DNA of 64,000 nt, taken from positions 8,544,137 to 8,608,136 of the forward strand of contig JASCQW010000119.1 in NCBI GenBank assembly GCA_030264375.1, read 5' to 3'. Made by a program: the position numbers and the translations under genes. This DNA is from Carcharhinus longimanus. Taxonomy: Eukaryota. Of the stretch, positions 24,430-37,920 are shown piece by piece (position 1 is the first letter of the stretch; the number at the start of each line of letters is the position of its first letter). A model generated the notes under the pieces. It was not told where the DNA came from, did not search any database, and saw only the letters and a program-made list of their open reading frames with translations.

Positions 24430-25330
24430 ACACCTCAGTCTCATGTTGAGTAATTGTACTTTCACCTTCCTGTGAGATTTCTATTATTGAATTGTGAATA
24501 TATGAGTGCCTCATTCATGGCTGCTCCAATTCTGTTTTACGAAGATGTAGTTGTTCTTTTTTATTCATTGTGGACTTTAAGTTAAGTTTAACAAGTTCGG
24601 AATTTTGGAACATTAATTGAAGAACTTGGAGGTGAAAAATCTATATTCATAGAATCACTTTTAATGTATCTGTCACCAATTCAATAAACAGTTTTTTTTA
24701 AAAACCTTACAGTCTAATGGCGAAACGAATTAAGCATTTCACCTCAAATGAACACATTAATCAAGAACATTCCTCAAGCAGATTACAAAGACTCAACACA
24801 TCCAGCCACAACACTTCATGGAATTGATAGTGGTGCTCAACATGGTCCAGCTCGTCGGATTCAAAAATACCTTGTTATTGATAGAGTGCATTCAACGTGT
24901 GCAAAGTGTTCACAACAGCACAGGCAGTCCGACTGCTGCTTCGCTCTATCATGTGCAGAATGTCCATGTATTGCATACAATTCAGTTTGCAGGAATCATA
25001 ACTAGTTCAGAACATTTGAACATCGCAGTTGTTCTGGCCTCTTCCTGGTGTGTTTTTTTTTAATGTCTCTTCCCCTCTGACAATTTAAGTGCGCAGTGGG
25101 AAATTAGATTAAATTGTTCTATTTCACGCCAATTTTGCCCTATCAGATCAACTTTGCTCTCTGGCACAATTTTGGAGAGAACCTCTGCAACACCGGCTCT
25201 TGTTAGTGCTTCAAGCTATGCCGCATCCTCCGTGCCACACTCTTCCACACGTTGGGCCCTGTAGAACACACCACAGTGAATGGCATCATATCAGGGAAAT
25301 CATGTCAGTCATGTAGCTCACTTTTTCACG
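24430..25330 (+). mobile_element. Retroviral pol relic C (RNase H-integrase), very decayed
   Basis: Scattered colinear motifs: LTSSE (cf. LTSSG), KYLVID (cf. KYxLVIID), IQFAGII...LNI (cf. HFTGxI...LxI), N*IKL...IRST (cf. WxxLLP...IRST). Confidence 0.35.
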
Positions 25331-25349
25331 GGTTTTATCATTGATATCA

Positions 25350-25620
25350 TCTTTAAAACACCGTAACATATTCATGGAGATGGATGAGGGGACAGAAGGA
25401 AAGCCAAAGACAGTTATAACCTTATCCAGCCCCTCCATTTTGAGACAATCAGTGAGATTTGGTGATGCAAACATTGTCGTAAGGTCAATTTTGATAACTA
25501 ATTCGGTTACATTGGAAATGGTGAGAGTTGAAATTAAAAGTAGAACAATTCCGCTGTTGATTGTTATTTACTTAAACAAGCAAATAGGAATTTGGAGAGC
25601 ACTTTTAAATCAGGCAGCTT
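25350..25620 (+). mobile_element. CR1 endonuclease fragment
   Basis: RNIFMEMDEGTEGK...EMVRVEIKSRT...IVIY resembles the CR1 APE segment (FRxDRxxGKGGGV...ESxWVE). Confidence 0.45.
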
Positions 25621-25774
25621 ACAAACACCATGAATCGAATTAAGCTTCGACGTGACCCGTGTATCTCTTTACAAAAGAAAAAGTATCCAATTCTGTAACT
25701 GTCATCACTCAGGTATAGTTTCTTTAATTTAAGGAAACGGTCAATTAAAATTTACTGTGCTGAGACATAAATCG

Positions 25775-25865
25775 GGGCGGCAGGTTGGCACAGTTATTAA
25801 AATTGCTGCCGTTGAGTGTCTGGGACCCGGGTTCAATTAATCCTTGGGGGGATGTCTCTGTGCAG
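25775..25865 (+). mobile_element. SINE tRNA-like head, truncated
   Basis: GGGCGGCAGGTTGGCACAG...GGGACCCGGGTTCAATT (A/B-box-like). Confidence 0.6.
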
Positions 25866-27179
25866 CTAACGAGCCAAATCTTTTAAACGGTATACATGTC
25901 GTGACATAATCAAATCGTAGTTATGAGTTTCGACTATTCGGAATATTTTAAGATGTATTTTAAGTATTGTATGAATAATTGGACATTTCAGCCTAGAGTA
26001 GGTTAATGTAAAGAGTGAAGGAAAATCAGTACAATAGAAGAGACACTTGCCTGGAAACAGTAATAGTGGGCAGATTTCCCACCAAAATTGTTTTGTAAAG
26101 AGTATTTCTTTCAGCTTTACGAATACGGACATTTATCGCCCATGCAAGGAATAGATATGTATATTGACACAAAATCCCATGTCTATTCAATTTGGCAGTG
26201 AGTCGGAGGGAATGTTCATTTTGACATTGTGATGATTGTCTGCATTTATTTAGCAACAGGAAGATGTGTTCAGCCAAGATAAGTGTATTTGTCCGATTTC
26301 AATGTGCAAATGGTAAAATGGAATTAGGTGAGGAATATGACAGAATAATTACTATTGCATGTTTCGTGAATGTAATTGATTTTAAACAGTTTGGAGATAA
26401 TTAGGCTCCTCTGGTGATCACGGAGAGCAACTGTCTGTCCTGCCTTTGCATTGAACTAATTTTACAATAAGCTTTTCCATTACTGTCTCAAAATGATAAA
26501 ATTGTGGTCCTATCTCCCAAATCCGCCGCACCCCACATCCGAAACGCCCAGGTGCACACGTAACCAAAACAATATCAGCCATTTGCCGTGTCTAATTTCC
26601 AAATGGCAGTTTCTGTTTATAACTTCTCTCGTAAGGTAATTTACATATTTATTGAGCATTTTTTTTCCAAACACAAATGAAAATTCTGTTCCAGCCCCTA
26701 ACAATATGAGGAGAAAGGTCATGTTTAGAGTTTCAAAACCTGTCACAACCACAAATGTATGAAGATTAAAGCTACCTGCAATCTCCGTATGTGTTCGTTC
26801 TTCAATGCTCACTGTTTATATGGGGTTGGGATTTATTTTTGGGGGCGGGAGGTGTTTTGTTGGGGGGTGAGATAGTTGGGGCTAGAATTCTACGAACACA
26901 TCTCGCGATTACCCCTTTTTCCTTTGTTTTACCTCACTCATATAGTTTGATTGTGTGACCACTCTGGGATGCCCTCACTTACTACTACCATGATGAGTTC
27001 CCCAGTAAAAACATCACTCTCAATCCTTTGCTGTCGCCTCTTCAATCCTTCCTGGTGTAATTTTACCTTCAACCATTGAGCTGTCAGCTTTGTCCTTCAT
27101 TCCTTCATGTTTCTGAAATACTTGTAGGAAAACAGTACCATTTCCCCACCCATCTCCTGACCACCAACATCACATGTCA

Positions 27180-28115
27180 GAAAATAAGAACTGGATAGCA
27201 TTAAAAAATGGAGCAGCAGAAGACCCTATGGCCGTTCGAACCTGCCTCATCATTCAATAAGATCATGACTGATCTTTTCCTCAACTTAGCTCCACTTACC
27301 CGACGTACGTCATAGGCCATAATTCCTTCACTGTGCAAATATCTGTGTATCTTTGCCTTAAAAAAAACCCGAAAATCAACGTGTAGCATCACTGTTTCAC
27401 TGGGCATAGGACTTCACAGATTCACAACCTGTTGAGTGGATAATTGCCCCTCAACTAAATCCGCTTCCCCTCATTCTGAAGTTCAGCGCCCATTCTGGTT
27501 TCACCAAACAGTGGAAACAACCTCCGCTATATACACACTTCATAATTTTGTATATTTCTATAAAATACCCCCTTAACCTTCAAATTTCCAACGAGTATGG
27601 TACGTGTCGACTTAGCTTTCCTCGTAAACTAATGAAATCAACTCCAAAATTAACCGAGCGAATCATTCTTGCCCCGTCTCCGGTATTAATATATTATTTC
27701 TCAAGTAAACAGATCAAAAGTGTATCCCATGTGTGGTCTTACCAGCAACATAGACAACTACAAAATAAATTCCCTGTTTTTCGACTCCATCGTTCTTAGA
27801 ATGAAGGCCAACATTCAACTTACCTCCTTACTTGCCTGCTGCACCAGCAAATTTAAATCATGTGATTCATACAACAGAGTGCCAGGTCGCTCTACACAGC
27901 ATCATACTGCATATATTTTTCTTTTAAATCATAGCCAATTCCCACCTAAATGGATGAGCTCAGTTGAACAACATTGCTTTTTCATCTGCCAGAGCCTCGC
28001 CAACTCACTTAAGAAATTTATATCCCTTTGCTGAAGTTCATTGTCCTCTGCAAACTTTGCTTTTCCATTCATGTTAGTGTCATCTGCGAACTTCGGCGCA
28101 CTACACTTGGTCCCC
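27180..28115 (-). mobile_element. CR1 LINE RT to 3' end
   Basis: ORF 27929-28117 KFADDTNMNGKA...LQQRDINFLSELARLWQM; 3' UTR reversed at 27180-27300. Confidence 0.9.
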
Positions 28116-28159
28116 AAATCACTATGACGATGATGATCATGATGATGATGACGATGATT

Positions 28160-28540
28160 AAAATTTTATTCATTCGTCGGATGTGCTGGCTAGCCAGCAG
28201 TTGTTGCCGATCCCTGATAGTTCTTGAACTGAGAAGCTTGCTAGGCCATTTCAAAGGCCAGTTGAAAGGCAGCCATGTTGTCGTGGCTCTTGAGTAACTT
28301 ATCGGCATAATAACGGAAGATTGGTACACTTTCTTCCCCAAAAGACATTCTTGGACCAGATGATTTCTGTGTTTTCTTCTTCGACAATAAACATTTGTTG
28401 CATGGTCAACGGTGGATTCCTATTTTCTGATTTTATTTTTTTTTTTATTTCAAATTGCAACTTCTGTCCTAGTGGGATTCGAAGACAGGCCACAAGAATA
28501 TTAACTGAATTTCTGGATTCATAGTGCAGCAATAATACCC
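28160..28540 (-). mobile_element. SacSINE1/DeuSINE-like tRNA-derived SINE
   Basis: GTGGGATTCGAA B-box reversed, central ...CTTCCCCAAAAGACATT..., tail TTTTATTCATTC. Preceded by a (GAT)n run at 28122-28158. Confidence 0.7.
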
Positions 28541-30394
28541 TCGTTCAAATCAATATTGAATGCGATATCGACATAAAATTATGATGGTCACATCCAATTA
28601 ACGGTCCAGGAAAGCACATCTTCCTCCATCATTGAGATATAGAGACAACTTCCGCAAGGAAATATTGATGCCAATAATATAGATATTAAAAGAAAGAGAA
28701 TAACAAACTGAGAAATGCATATTGATGGGCATGGACGCAATGGGTTTCAGGATGCAGCATCTGAACCATCTTGAACTGCTTAGAACAGTTAAGCCATAGA
28801 TACACCATGTTTCAGTGTTCACCTTTGCTCCAAAGCAAATACAGTGGAATAATGTGTGCCAAGGAAAAATTGAATCTCGGCCTTGCATTATGTCAGATGT
28901 ATGAAGTTTCTATGTTCATATATGTATAACTCTGATATTACGATACATCATTTCAATTTTATTTTCAGTAAAATGCAAGCATGCATATTTCTAGATTTGC
29001 AAACAAATTTACAATCGATGTGGAAAAACATCGACAGTTACCAGAAAGGCAAATCGTCAATATCCCATGCTGGAACGCATTGTGTTATGTTGAAAATATT
29101 CTGGTGCATCAAATGTTGAAACAAATACAAACATTGTAACATGGGTGTACCCTCTTTCAGCCTAATTCAATCTGCGCAGTATAGAAAAAAAAACAAGGTC
29201 ATTCATTCTCTTGATATTTTCAATGGTAAGACAGTGAATAATAATATATTTTAGGCTGCAAATCTTGTGGCGAACAATTTGGATATTCTTTTCAACAGAA
29301 GTAATGGCCTGTCTCATGAATAAATGACTCTTGAATAACTTAAAATTGAAGAAAAAATAATCCACATATTTAAGGATCAAGCAATGCAACAATTAATAAA
29401 GCATGTGGAAGTATAATGGAATTCAGATCATTTCAGACGAGGGATTTATTAGAATAATCATAAATAGATTGTTTCGTGTCGCAATTCAAGTTGCACAACT
29501 ATTCAATAATTCAGGGTGGACCGGATTATCGTCTCAACTCATGGCTTTTTTGTCTCTCCCTTCCCCTAGTTTCAGTATTAACCTGTAACTGTCAAACTCG
29601 TATTAAACAACTTCAATGACCAAATTAAAAAAAACACAATAGCCAGTTAAAATAAAATGCAATGATCAATTTATCAAATGAATTTCCCTAGACCAAGTTT
29701 TCGTTGAGAAAGTCAATGCCACTGAGCAAGTACCTTCAAAGAGGGATAAATTAAATTTTCCCTTCAGATCTGTCATACAATAGAAATGCGATAACCTTGA
29801 AAGCCGTGTTTGTGTCCTTCCGTTCTCCGGATAGAGCGAACATTTTCTAGGTGTTTAATAATACGACATCTCAAGAATGTCCATGCTTGATAGATAATCG
29901 CAATGCTTCAAAATACATTCATCGCAAGATTCAGTCAACTCATCTGCACTGAGGTCTTTCTGATGTTACCGTAATTTAATGAGTGGAAGGGAGGCTAATA
30001 TGGATACATTTATTTATATTCTAATCCTTGTTGGTTAACAGAAGACCAATTCGTGTCATGATTTATTCCTTTCAAACTGGTTGAGCATTCTTACCTGTCA
30101 TTCATTTGAGCACGCTACCAACCAGTATCCGTAAGGTGTTTGTGTTCGGCCAATGCAGGAGCAGGGTGATATGAAGGAGTGGGCAAAAATACTCCAAAAC
30201 GAACAACCAAGTAGCACATTCCATTAGTTGGATAATCAGCTTAATGTCGCTCAAAGCTCATTATTTTCAGGGAGGAGTACAATGGCCACGATGGAAATAG
30301 AAAATTCAACGTATTTATGTTATCCTTGAATGCACAAGTACACCAGTTCGAATTAATTTTCCTGTCTTCCAAGAGATCAAGTTGTATATGAGAG

Positions 30395-30955
30395 TCATTA
30401 GCGTCATGGGTTCATAGGGTTTTACAGCATAGAAACAAACCGTTCGTTCCAAGTTGTCCATGCCACACTTTTTTTTAAAGCACTGAGTTAGTCCCAATTG
30501 CCCGTGTTTGGCACGTGTCCCTCTATACTGATTTTATCGATTTTGACAGAATTGGACCCGCCTCTTCTACTACTTGTAGCAGCTTCTTCCAGACAATCAT
30601 CACCTTCTCTTGACCCTTCTGTATCTCTCCCCTCTCACCTTAAACCAATGCCTTCTCGTTGCAGGCTTCCTACCTTTAGGAAATACATTGACTATCTCGC
30701 TGATCGAAGCCGATCATTTTACGGTCATTCCTAAGCTTCGGATGCTCCAGTGGAAAAAAAAATCCATTACATCTAATCTCTCTTCATACCTGAAACCATC
30801 AAGTCCCGGTTGCATCCTAGTAATTTTTTTTGCACTATTTCTAGTACAATAACATCCTTCCTATAGTAGGGCGACAAGAACTGTAACCAGTATTGCAAAA
30901 GTGGCCTTCTGAATGTCTTGTACATCTTCAACAAGACGTCCCAACTCCAGCATTC
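30395..30955 (-). mobile_element. CR1 LINE 3' end
   Basis: ORF 30773-31039 LKMYKTFRRPLLQYWLQFLSPYYRKDVIVLEIVQKK. Confidence 0.9.
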
Positions 30956-31189
30956 TTGGATTATTGGAAACATGTAAGAGAAACATATATATTCATAACT
31001 GAAATTCCTTTTGTCTGACGTTTTACAGAATAGAGTCAATCAAATGCTGCATAGTCAAAACATGATGTTTTCCTTTAGTGTTCACAATGTGACATTGTTG
31101 CAATGGGATTAAACATGCCCAGAAAGCGGAAATTAGACAAAATGCATCGTGTTGTAGGGCAGACAACAACATTTTGTTTTCAGTGGATT

Positions 31190-32720
31190 CGATTTATTTA
31201 TTACTGGCAAACATATTAGTATATAGTGGGAAGTATTGTACAGTGTGCACCATATAGACAAAACATACTGTCCATAGAGCAGGAAAAGAGAGATTGAAGA
31301 ATGTCGTGTCACATTCATAGCTTGGTTTAGAAAATAATCAGCATAATTTGGTGTATGCCCAATCAAAAGTTTGATGGCAGGAGGGAAGACACTGTTTTGA
31401 ATCGTGCTCTTAGGCTTCCGCATTTTGTTTTCCGAAGGAACCAGTTTGAACTGTGTATGCCCAAGGGGGGCTGAGTCCTGTCTCAGAGGCAATGAGACAG
31501 TGTGGATGAATAGCATGATGGATGAGGAATAGACTAGCTTCTTTCACGATTCCTCGCAGTTGCCTGCTGTCTGGGACAGATCTGGGACGACAACAAGCTG
31601 CGATACAACCACAAAAAAGTGTGCTTTGGCGGACCTGTACATGATGATGAGATTGGTTGTGGGCATTCAAATTTTCCTTTATCGTCTGATAACGTGGAGG
31701 TGCTGATAGATTTTCTAAAATATGATATTTGCATTGTAAGATTATGACTGGTTGTAACTGGTTGGAAAACTAAATACTTTTCTACTTCATCCCCATTGAT
31801 ATTAGCCGGGGGATGTTCCCCATTACGCTTCCTGAAGCCGATGGCTACTATTTTCTTTTTGTTGACAGATTATTGTCGTCACCAATTGATCTATCTCTTT
31901 CTTGTATGCCGTCTCAACATTGATTGTGCTCCGTATTTCTGTCGTGGTATCATCAACATACATGGAAATCAAAATGGAGGGTTTATTTTCAGACAGTTAT
32001 AGGTGTGTAAGGAGTATTACAAGGTGCTGAGAACGCAGCTTTGCGGGGTGCCGGTGTTGAGGATGATCGTGGAGAATGTGTTGTTGCTTATGTTTACAGA
32101 TTATGCTCTGCGTAAGGAAGTTCAGGATAAAATCAAAGAGGGAGAAGCTGAAAACTAGGCCATAGAGTTTGGAAATATGTTTCCTCGGAATAATGCCATC
32201 GAAGGCTGAGCGTTCGACATTTGTGTCTTTGTTGTCCAGGTATTCCAGGTTGAGTGGAGGTCCAGAGCGATGTCATAAGCAGTGGACCTGTTGCGGCAGT
32301 GGGCAAGATGTAGTGAATTCAGGGAATCTGGGAGGCTGAATTGATTTCTGCTGTTACTAACATTGCAATGCCCTTCATAATGATGAATGTCAGATCAGCA
32401 TTTCGTTAGCCATTAGGACACAGTGCTTGGCCTTTCTTTGATGCCCGGATGACAGTTGATTCCTTAACACAGCCATGGATCTGAGAATGTTGTAAGCAAA
32501 CATTGAATATGTTTACACATACCACTATCAGCTCGTCCGTGCATGATCGGGCACTTAAAAGGGTACCCCAGCTGGGCAAATAGCTTTCCGTTGTTGACAT
32601 TCGAGAAATTTGCTCTGATATGTGCAATGGACACCCGGTATCGAGTTTCGTCCGAGATTCCGCGATGAAGTGAATATTCTTGCCGACCATTTACTCAGGC
32701 ATGGAATGCTTTGAGTTCAT
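31190..32720 (-). mobile_element. Rex1/Babar-clade LINE (RT to 3' end)
   Basis: Minus-strand IILNTGTPQSCVLS, YVDDTT...ETAYKKEIDQLV and QNSVFPPAIKLL (cf. NSFFPxAIRLLN). Confidence 0.85.
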
Positions 32721-33019
32721 CGGGAGAATTAACAAACGCAGGCATTAGCGTGATAATCATTTGACAGTCGTAACCCGAAAACCAAATACAGACCTCACAA
32801 CATTTAATTTCTTATTCAACGAAAAATAAAGTGATATGAATAAAACATGGTTGCATTTTTTCATTCAAATTTGACAGAAAAGACTTTTGTGTCCAGCTCA
32901 GAACTCACCGCCAGAACATCCTGGAAATTTTCATTCGGGAAGATACGATATTGGGAGAGATAACAGAAATAGAGTTTTGTGTCTGAATGAATGTTCCACA
33001 GAGCCCAGCAACAACGTTA

Positions 33020-33135
33020 GCACTGCTCCGTGTCACCTGACGAAGGGACAGACCCCGAAAGCTCGTGAGTTTACTGTCAAATAAATTGGTTGGACTCTAA
33101 CCTGTTGTTGTGAGACATCTTACGGTGTATAGATG
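33020..33135 (+). mobile_element. Solo Penelope pLTR fragment nested in a second short palindromic repeat (about 32890-33200)
   Basis: CAAATAAATTGGTTGGACTCTAACCTGTTGTTGTGAGAC matches 1922-1960. Confidence 0.75.
33033..33068 (+). ncRNA. Minimal type I hammerhead ribozyme motif (best preserved copy)
   Basis: TCAC-CTGACGA-A-GGG-ACAGAC-CCC-GAAA-GC-TC-GTGA. Stem I TCAC/GTGA is perfect, the core is intact, and the AGCT palindrome is present. Predicted cleavage is after C33064. Confidence 0.7.
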
Positions 33136-33899
33136 ATGCCAGATCTGCTGTGATGTCACAAATTTTCCTGTTTTTGTTTCATCTCCCAGCATCCAACAAA
33201 AAAAAGACAAAAGTTTCATATTTCGAAGATATATTCACTGGCTCTTAAAAAAAAATGTGCTTGTGTAAAATATTACCGTTGTTAAATAAATCTGCCTCAT
33301 TCCAATTTTGTCCATACCTTATGTCACAATGATGCAAGGAGGAATTGTGTTTTATTTAGGTAATTTAGTGACCATCCTCTTTCCATTCTTTTCATCGATT
33401 TGCTCACCAAGTTCAGATTGAAATGCTCCATTTATGCTATGCTCTGCTTTGCTCCTGATTACGTGTATTTCAACAATGACGAACTGACCAAGCATAAGAT
33501 CTGGGATGCAACACACCAGAAAACATGTAGTGAGATAACTTGTTCATTCAGCAATCAAGTCATCATCTAATTAGTAAATGCGATCTGAAGGTCAACGACA
33601 ATCGTGGGAATGATTTATGTTTCTATTTCTGTGGATGGAAGAAAAAAAAACACGATCTGCCCAAAGATGTCTGGCAACAGTTACGAATAAGGAAAACAAA
33701 ACACAGAAGAGCAGTGCTGGCAGAAGTAATTCAGAAAATGAAATAGGAAGTGTGGAAGCGGAACTTTTTTCCCTCTATGGTGAGAATTAGGAATACACGC
33801 ACAGAAAAACATGGAGAATGAGAAATGTTCAGCATTCAGTGAGAAATAAAATAATGGTTCATAGAATGTCCGAGTGGGGTGAGGGTGGGTTAGTGGAGG

Positions 33900-35680
33900 C
33901 ATTGTGAGGTACACAAACTGCAGGATGGAGAGTAAAAAATCATTTGGTAATGCAAAGTGGGGATATGGCATACACTTGTTAATTAAAGATATGGAAAATC
34001 CCAAGATATTGTCGAAATATATCACTGGAAGAGGACAACCAAACAAATATTAGGACCCATTAGGGATCTGTTGGGCAATCTGTGAGTGCGTACAAAGCAC
34101 GTTGGTAGAATGTTGCATGAAAACTCCATATCTGTATTCATCCAAGTGAATGGGGACCATGGCATGGAGCTCAGTAAAAGGCTCTTTGAGATTCTTGAGA
34201 AAGCAGCGTGAGAGATGGATTAGATTGTGGAGGTATGGGCACCCTTAAAATTGGATAAACCTTCAGTTTCTGTTGGGTTGTGTCTAGGGTAGTTGTGGCA
34301 GTCAATGTAGGAGATGCAGGGGCTAAATTTCAATTATTACCTGGCAACACAAAATGCCAGACGAATGGGAAACAATTGATAACTTCCTGCTATTTTCGAA
34401 ATTTTGTAGAGACCAGAGGACTCCGGGTACTGAGTCTCAAGTCAGTGTTAGGGAAATTATTGGGGAAATTTATTTTTGAGTATCTTTCTTGAATTGCAAA
34501 ACCAACCCTCGATCAGGACCATTCACCATGACTTCGTCAAAAAATTGTCCAGCCTGACAAATTTGATTGATTGTTTTGAGGATTTGACCAGCTGAGAAGA
34601 TGCGGGTGGTGCAGTATATGCACGGTATGGATTTCAGAAAAAAAAACACTTTGACAGGATTCCACATTGGAGGATTGTAAATTAGGTAAACTCACATGAG
34701 ATACACGGTAATCTGATGATGTTGATTCTAATACTTTAGGAAGCCGAGGGATGACAGAATGCAGTTTTCATGCCTGGAGGCCAATGTTCAGTGGCGTACA
34801 ACAGGGATTTGTATTATCAGTAGTAGTTGATATACATAGCTGAAATGACCGTGCTAATGGTAGCATTGGTAAGTTTGTAGATGATACAGAGTTTGAAGTG
34901 ATGGCGAACAATGAGACAGAGTGTCTTGGCCTGAGATAATGTGGACTGAATGAACACATGGGCAGATAGATTGCAGATGAAATTTAAACCTGAAAACTGA
35001 GGGATGGTACACTTTGCAATGAGCCATTTAACAAGGAAGTAGTCAATGGATGTAANNNNNNNNNNNNNNNNGTGAAAGGACATGCCAATAGGGCGTGGAG
35101 TGCACTGGGCCGCTTGGCCGCCACAAGTATGTGATTGCACTGTAGGGAAGAGGGTAGTGGGAGGCATGGGTGGGGATGAACTTCAGAGGGGACAAGCCAG
35201 AATGTTGCCTTGGATGAAATATTGAGATTTTAAAGAGAGAGGCTGTATAGAGTTGCATTGCTCTCGTTGGAGCAGAGAAGACTAAGGGACAACCTTAGCA
35301 GTACACAATTACGAGAGGCATTTACAGAATGGAACAAGAACTGATGTTCCCAATTATTGAATGGTCAGTCACGAGCTTAGGTTAAAAGTGATGGACAAGA
35401 TCATTTGCAGGATTGGGGGCGGGAGAGAGAGGTGTGTGTTGGGGTGAGGAAATAAATAATTTTACCCAGAGCGTGATGACGATTTGGAATGTGCTTTGCG
35501 GGTGGCTGTTGGAGGCGGCTTGCGTTACAGCCTTTAAAAATGTCTGGATGAGGGATTATAACGTTCAGGGCTAAGTGAAGAGTGCTGACAATAGCATTAG
35601 GTGCTGGTTCAGTTGTTTCTAATGTGTAGATATTGGCTTGAGTGTATTTTATTCGCTGCACATTTCTATGATTTTATGGC
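33900..35680 (+). mobile_element. CR1 LINE ORF2, long decayed copy
   Basis: ATGGATTTCAG...TTTGACAGGATTCCACAT (MDF..FD.IPH), AAGTTTGTAGATGATACA (KFVDDT), tail TTTCTATGATT. Confidence 0.85.
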
Positions 35681-37529
35681 TAAATTAATCTAAGATCATA
35701 TGACTTTGTTTTTCGCATAAAATATTCTGGAATAGTATTATTTATTGTACGTGGATTCAGCATTTGTGTCATATTGATCCGAGGTTGATAAACTAGCACA
35801 TTACTCGTGTAACTGATTGCAAAATGTTTGTATTATTTTCACTGAAGTTTTCATCGTGCCTTTGGACAGACTGAAATCATAAACATCGCTATTCCTGATG
35901 AAACGTGACCTAACCAGCCACTTGGCATCAGGAATTAACTTGTGTAGAAAATAGGCTGTTCCATATAAAAGTCGTGTCAACCAAATGGAATAAATACAGT
36001 TTAACTCTCTGCAGGCATCGAAATATCGGTGAACTTCTACTTCAACTAAAGTTGTGTTTTTCTCTCTCTCCTATAGAATAGCAGCTTTTATAACAACAAA
36101 CTGCAAGTGCAATCCCACGGAGAACACAACTTTAGAAAGGGAACTGTATTTTTGTTTTTGCTATTTTTGAAATGAGTTCGGTTTTGATATAGTGATAATG
36201 CCTGACATTATTTTTATCCTCTGTGGACCATTAGAAACTCACTGCGGTTGCTATTGCTGCTGAAACTCACGCCTCTCTTCTCAAATATGCTTCATACGAA
36301 GGAATTTTCGCCACTTACAACGAAAGGTTCAAAATTGCACCTCTTTTTTTTCGCTCTGCAGAGGAACCAAAGCCAAGACGATTTTTTTTTAAAGTTTATT
36401 CTGAAATGTAAGGGCTTTTTGTAACTTAGATGCCTTGGAATGCATTGTGTAAGGACAAATTTCATAAGTGATGGGTTAATATTGAAGGGTGTAACTAAAA
36501 TTTTCCAGCGCCTGCAACAGGTAACGTGGAGTTTTTTTTTAAATTATTATTCCACTACTCTGCTGTTGTAATTAACAGAAACCTGTAAGCTGGTTGGGTT
36601 AAGATTCACCAGTCATTCATTGCCATTCACAGTAGAAAATGAACCCGGATGCTAGAAATCAGCTTCTGTTGATTGCTCGATATTTGGAATTTACAATTGC
36701 ACAATTATATGAAAAATGACTCAGAAAACCTCTGCAGTTAATCTCATCTGCAACATTCAGAGCCTGCACTAAAATATAGGGTTCCCTTTTAGGAAGAGTT
36801 AAGAAAAACGTTTATGCTGTTTCGATCCTCACAAAGATCAGAAAACGAGTTGAATAAATAAACATAAAGCGAGTATTATAGCACGGAAAATGGATCAATT
36901 TAATGGAATGCAGTGCAAGTAATTTAGACAAACAATGGCGTAAATTAATCATGTTAAAACGGTGAGGTGAATGAAGGGTGATAGATTATGTAGATTTAAA
37001 AATTAAACGAGAAAATGACACATTTGGCTGCTTATTTGGTACACACTGTCCGAGAATAGAAACGCTGAACTGTGTTTCTACTGTTGCCAATTACTGTTAC
37101 TTAATAAAGTTTTGATTGGCTTAGGAGCAATGATTTGAGCAAATGCCGGTTTTGTTATGATCGAGTGCCATCAGAATGCATCATGTAGCTCTCGAATGTT
37201 TGGGGGATTCCGTTAGACAGATAATGCGGGCGTTACCACAGATTTGAATTTGAAATACGGGATGATAATATAACAGTTGTTGTTTGGCTTTTCGTTGAGC
37301 AAAGGTAGGTCAGAAATTTGACATTGTTCAGTCAGTTTCATGCTTAACGTTATGAAACGAACATTAACCTTTAATCGCTCTCTCGTTTACATAAAAAAAA
37401 AACAGAAAAAAAGTATGAAATAATCAGTTAATTTCTCATTAGCAGATGAAAGAGGCAGATATAGTCGCATTTTGTTCTTGTTTTCCTTTTGTTATTCGAT
37501 ATGTTTCTCTTTCTCGAATATAAGAGCAT

Positions 37530-37920
37530 ATAAGGCAGTATATCATGCGGATCTCAGATATTTATTGAAACAGTTCGGTATAAGGGACATCAATCGGAAA
37601 GTTCTGCTGACCTTATGCAAAACACGAATTCAGTTACATCTTGCCTTGAAAGTTATTTGATACACCACACGTTCAACCTGACTCTTATGCCGTGACAATA
37701 CCAATAATAGGGTCTGCGATGACAGACTGCAATGTCATGGACGCATTGGATTTATTCTCATTAGATCAGGAAAATAACAACAAGACGAGAATTGAACTGA
37801 TATAAATGTTTAGCCTGTTGAATTATTGTGTAGAGTATGTAGAGAAAAAACATGCTACTGGTTACGGATCGAGAAAGCGGGAAAGTGGAACTTATCCACT
37901 TCAGATCAGCCATGATCTGA
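37530..37920 (+). mobile_element. CR1 LINE 3' fragment
   Basis: Ends GGGAAAGTGGAAC...TCAGATCAGCCATGATCT, as at 7140-7177. Confidence 0.7.

Noticed and set aside
25272-25310. CACAGTG heptamer as a V(D)J recombination signal (also at 32420 and 60863)
   Set aside because: No nonamer at 12/23 spacing and no V, D or J segment nearby.
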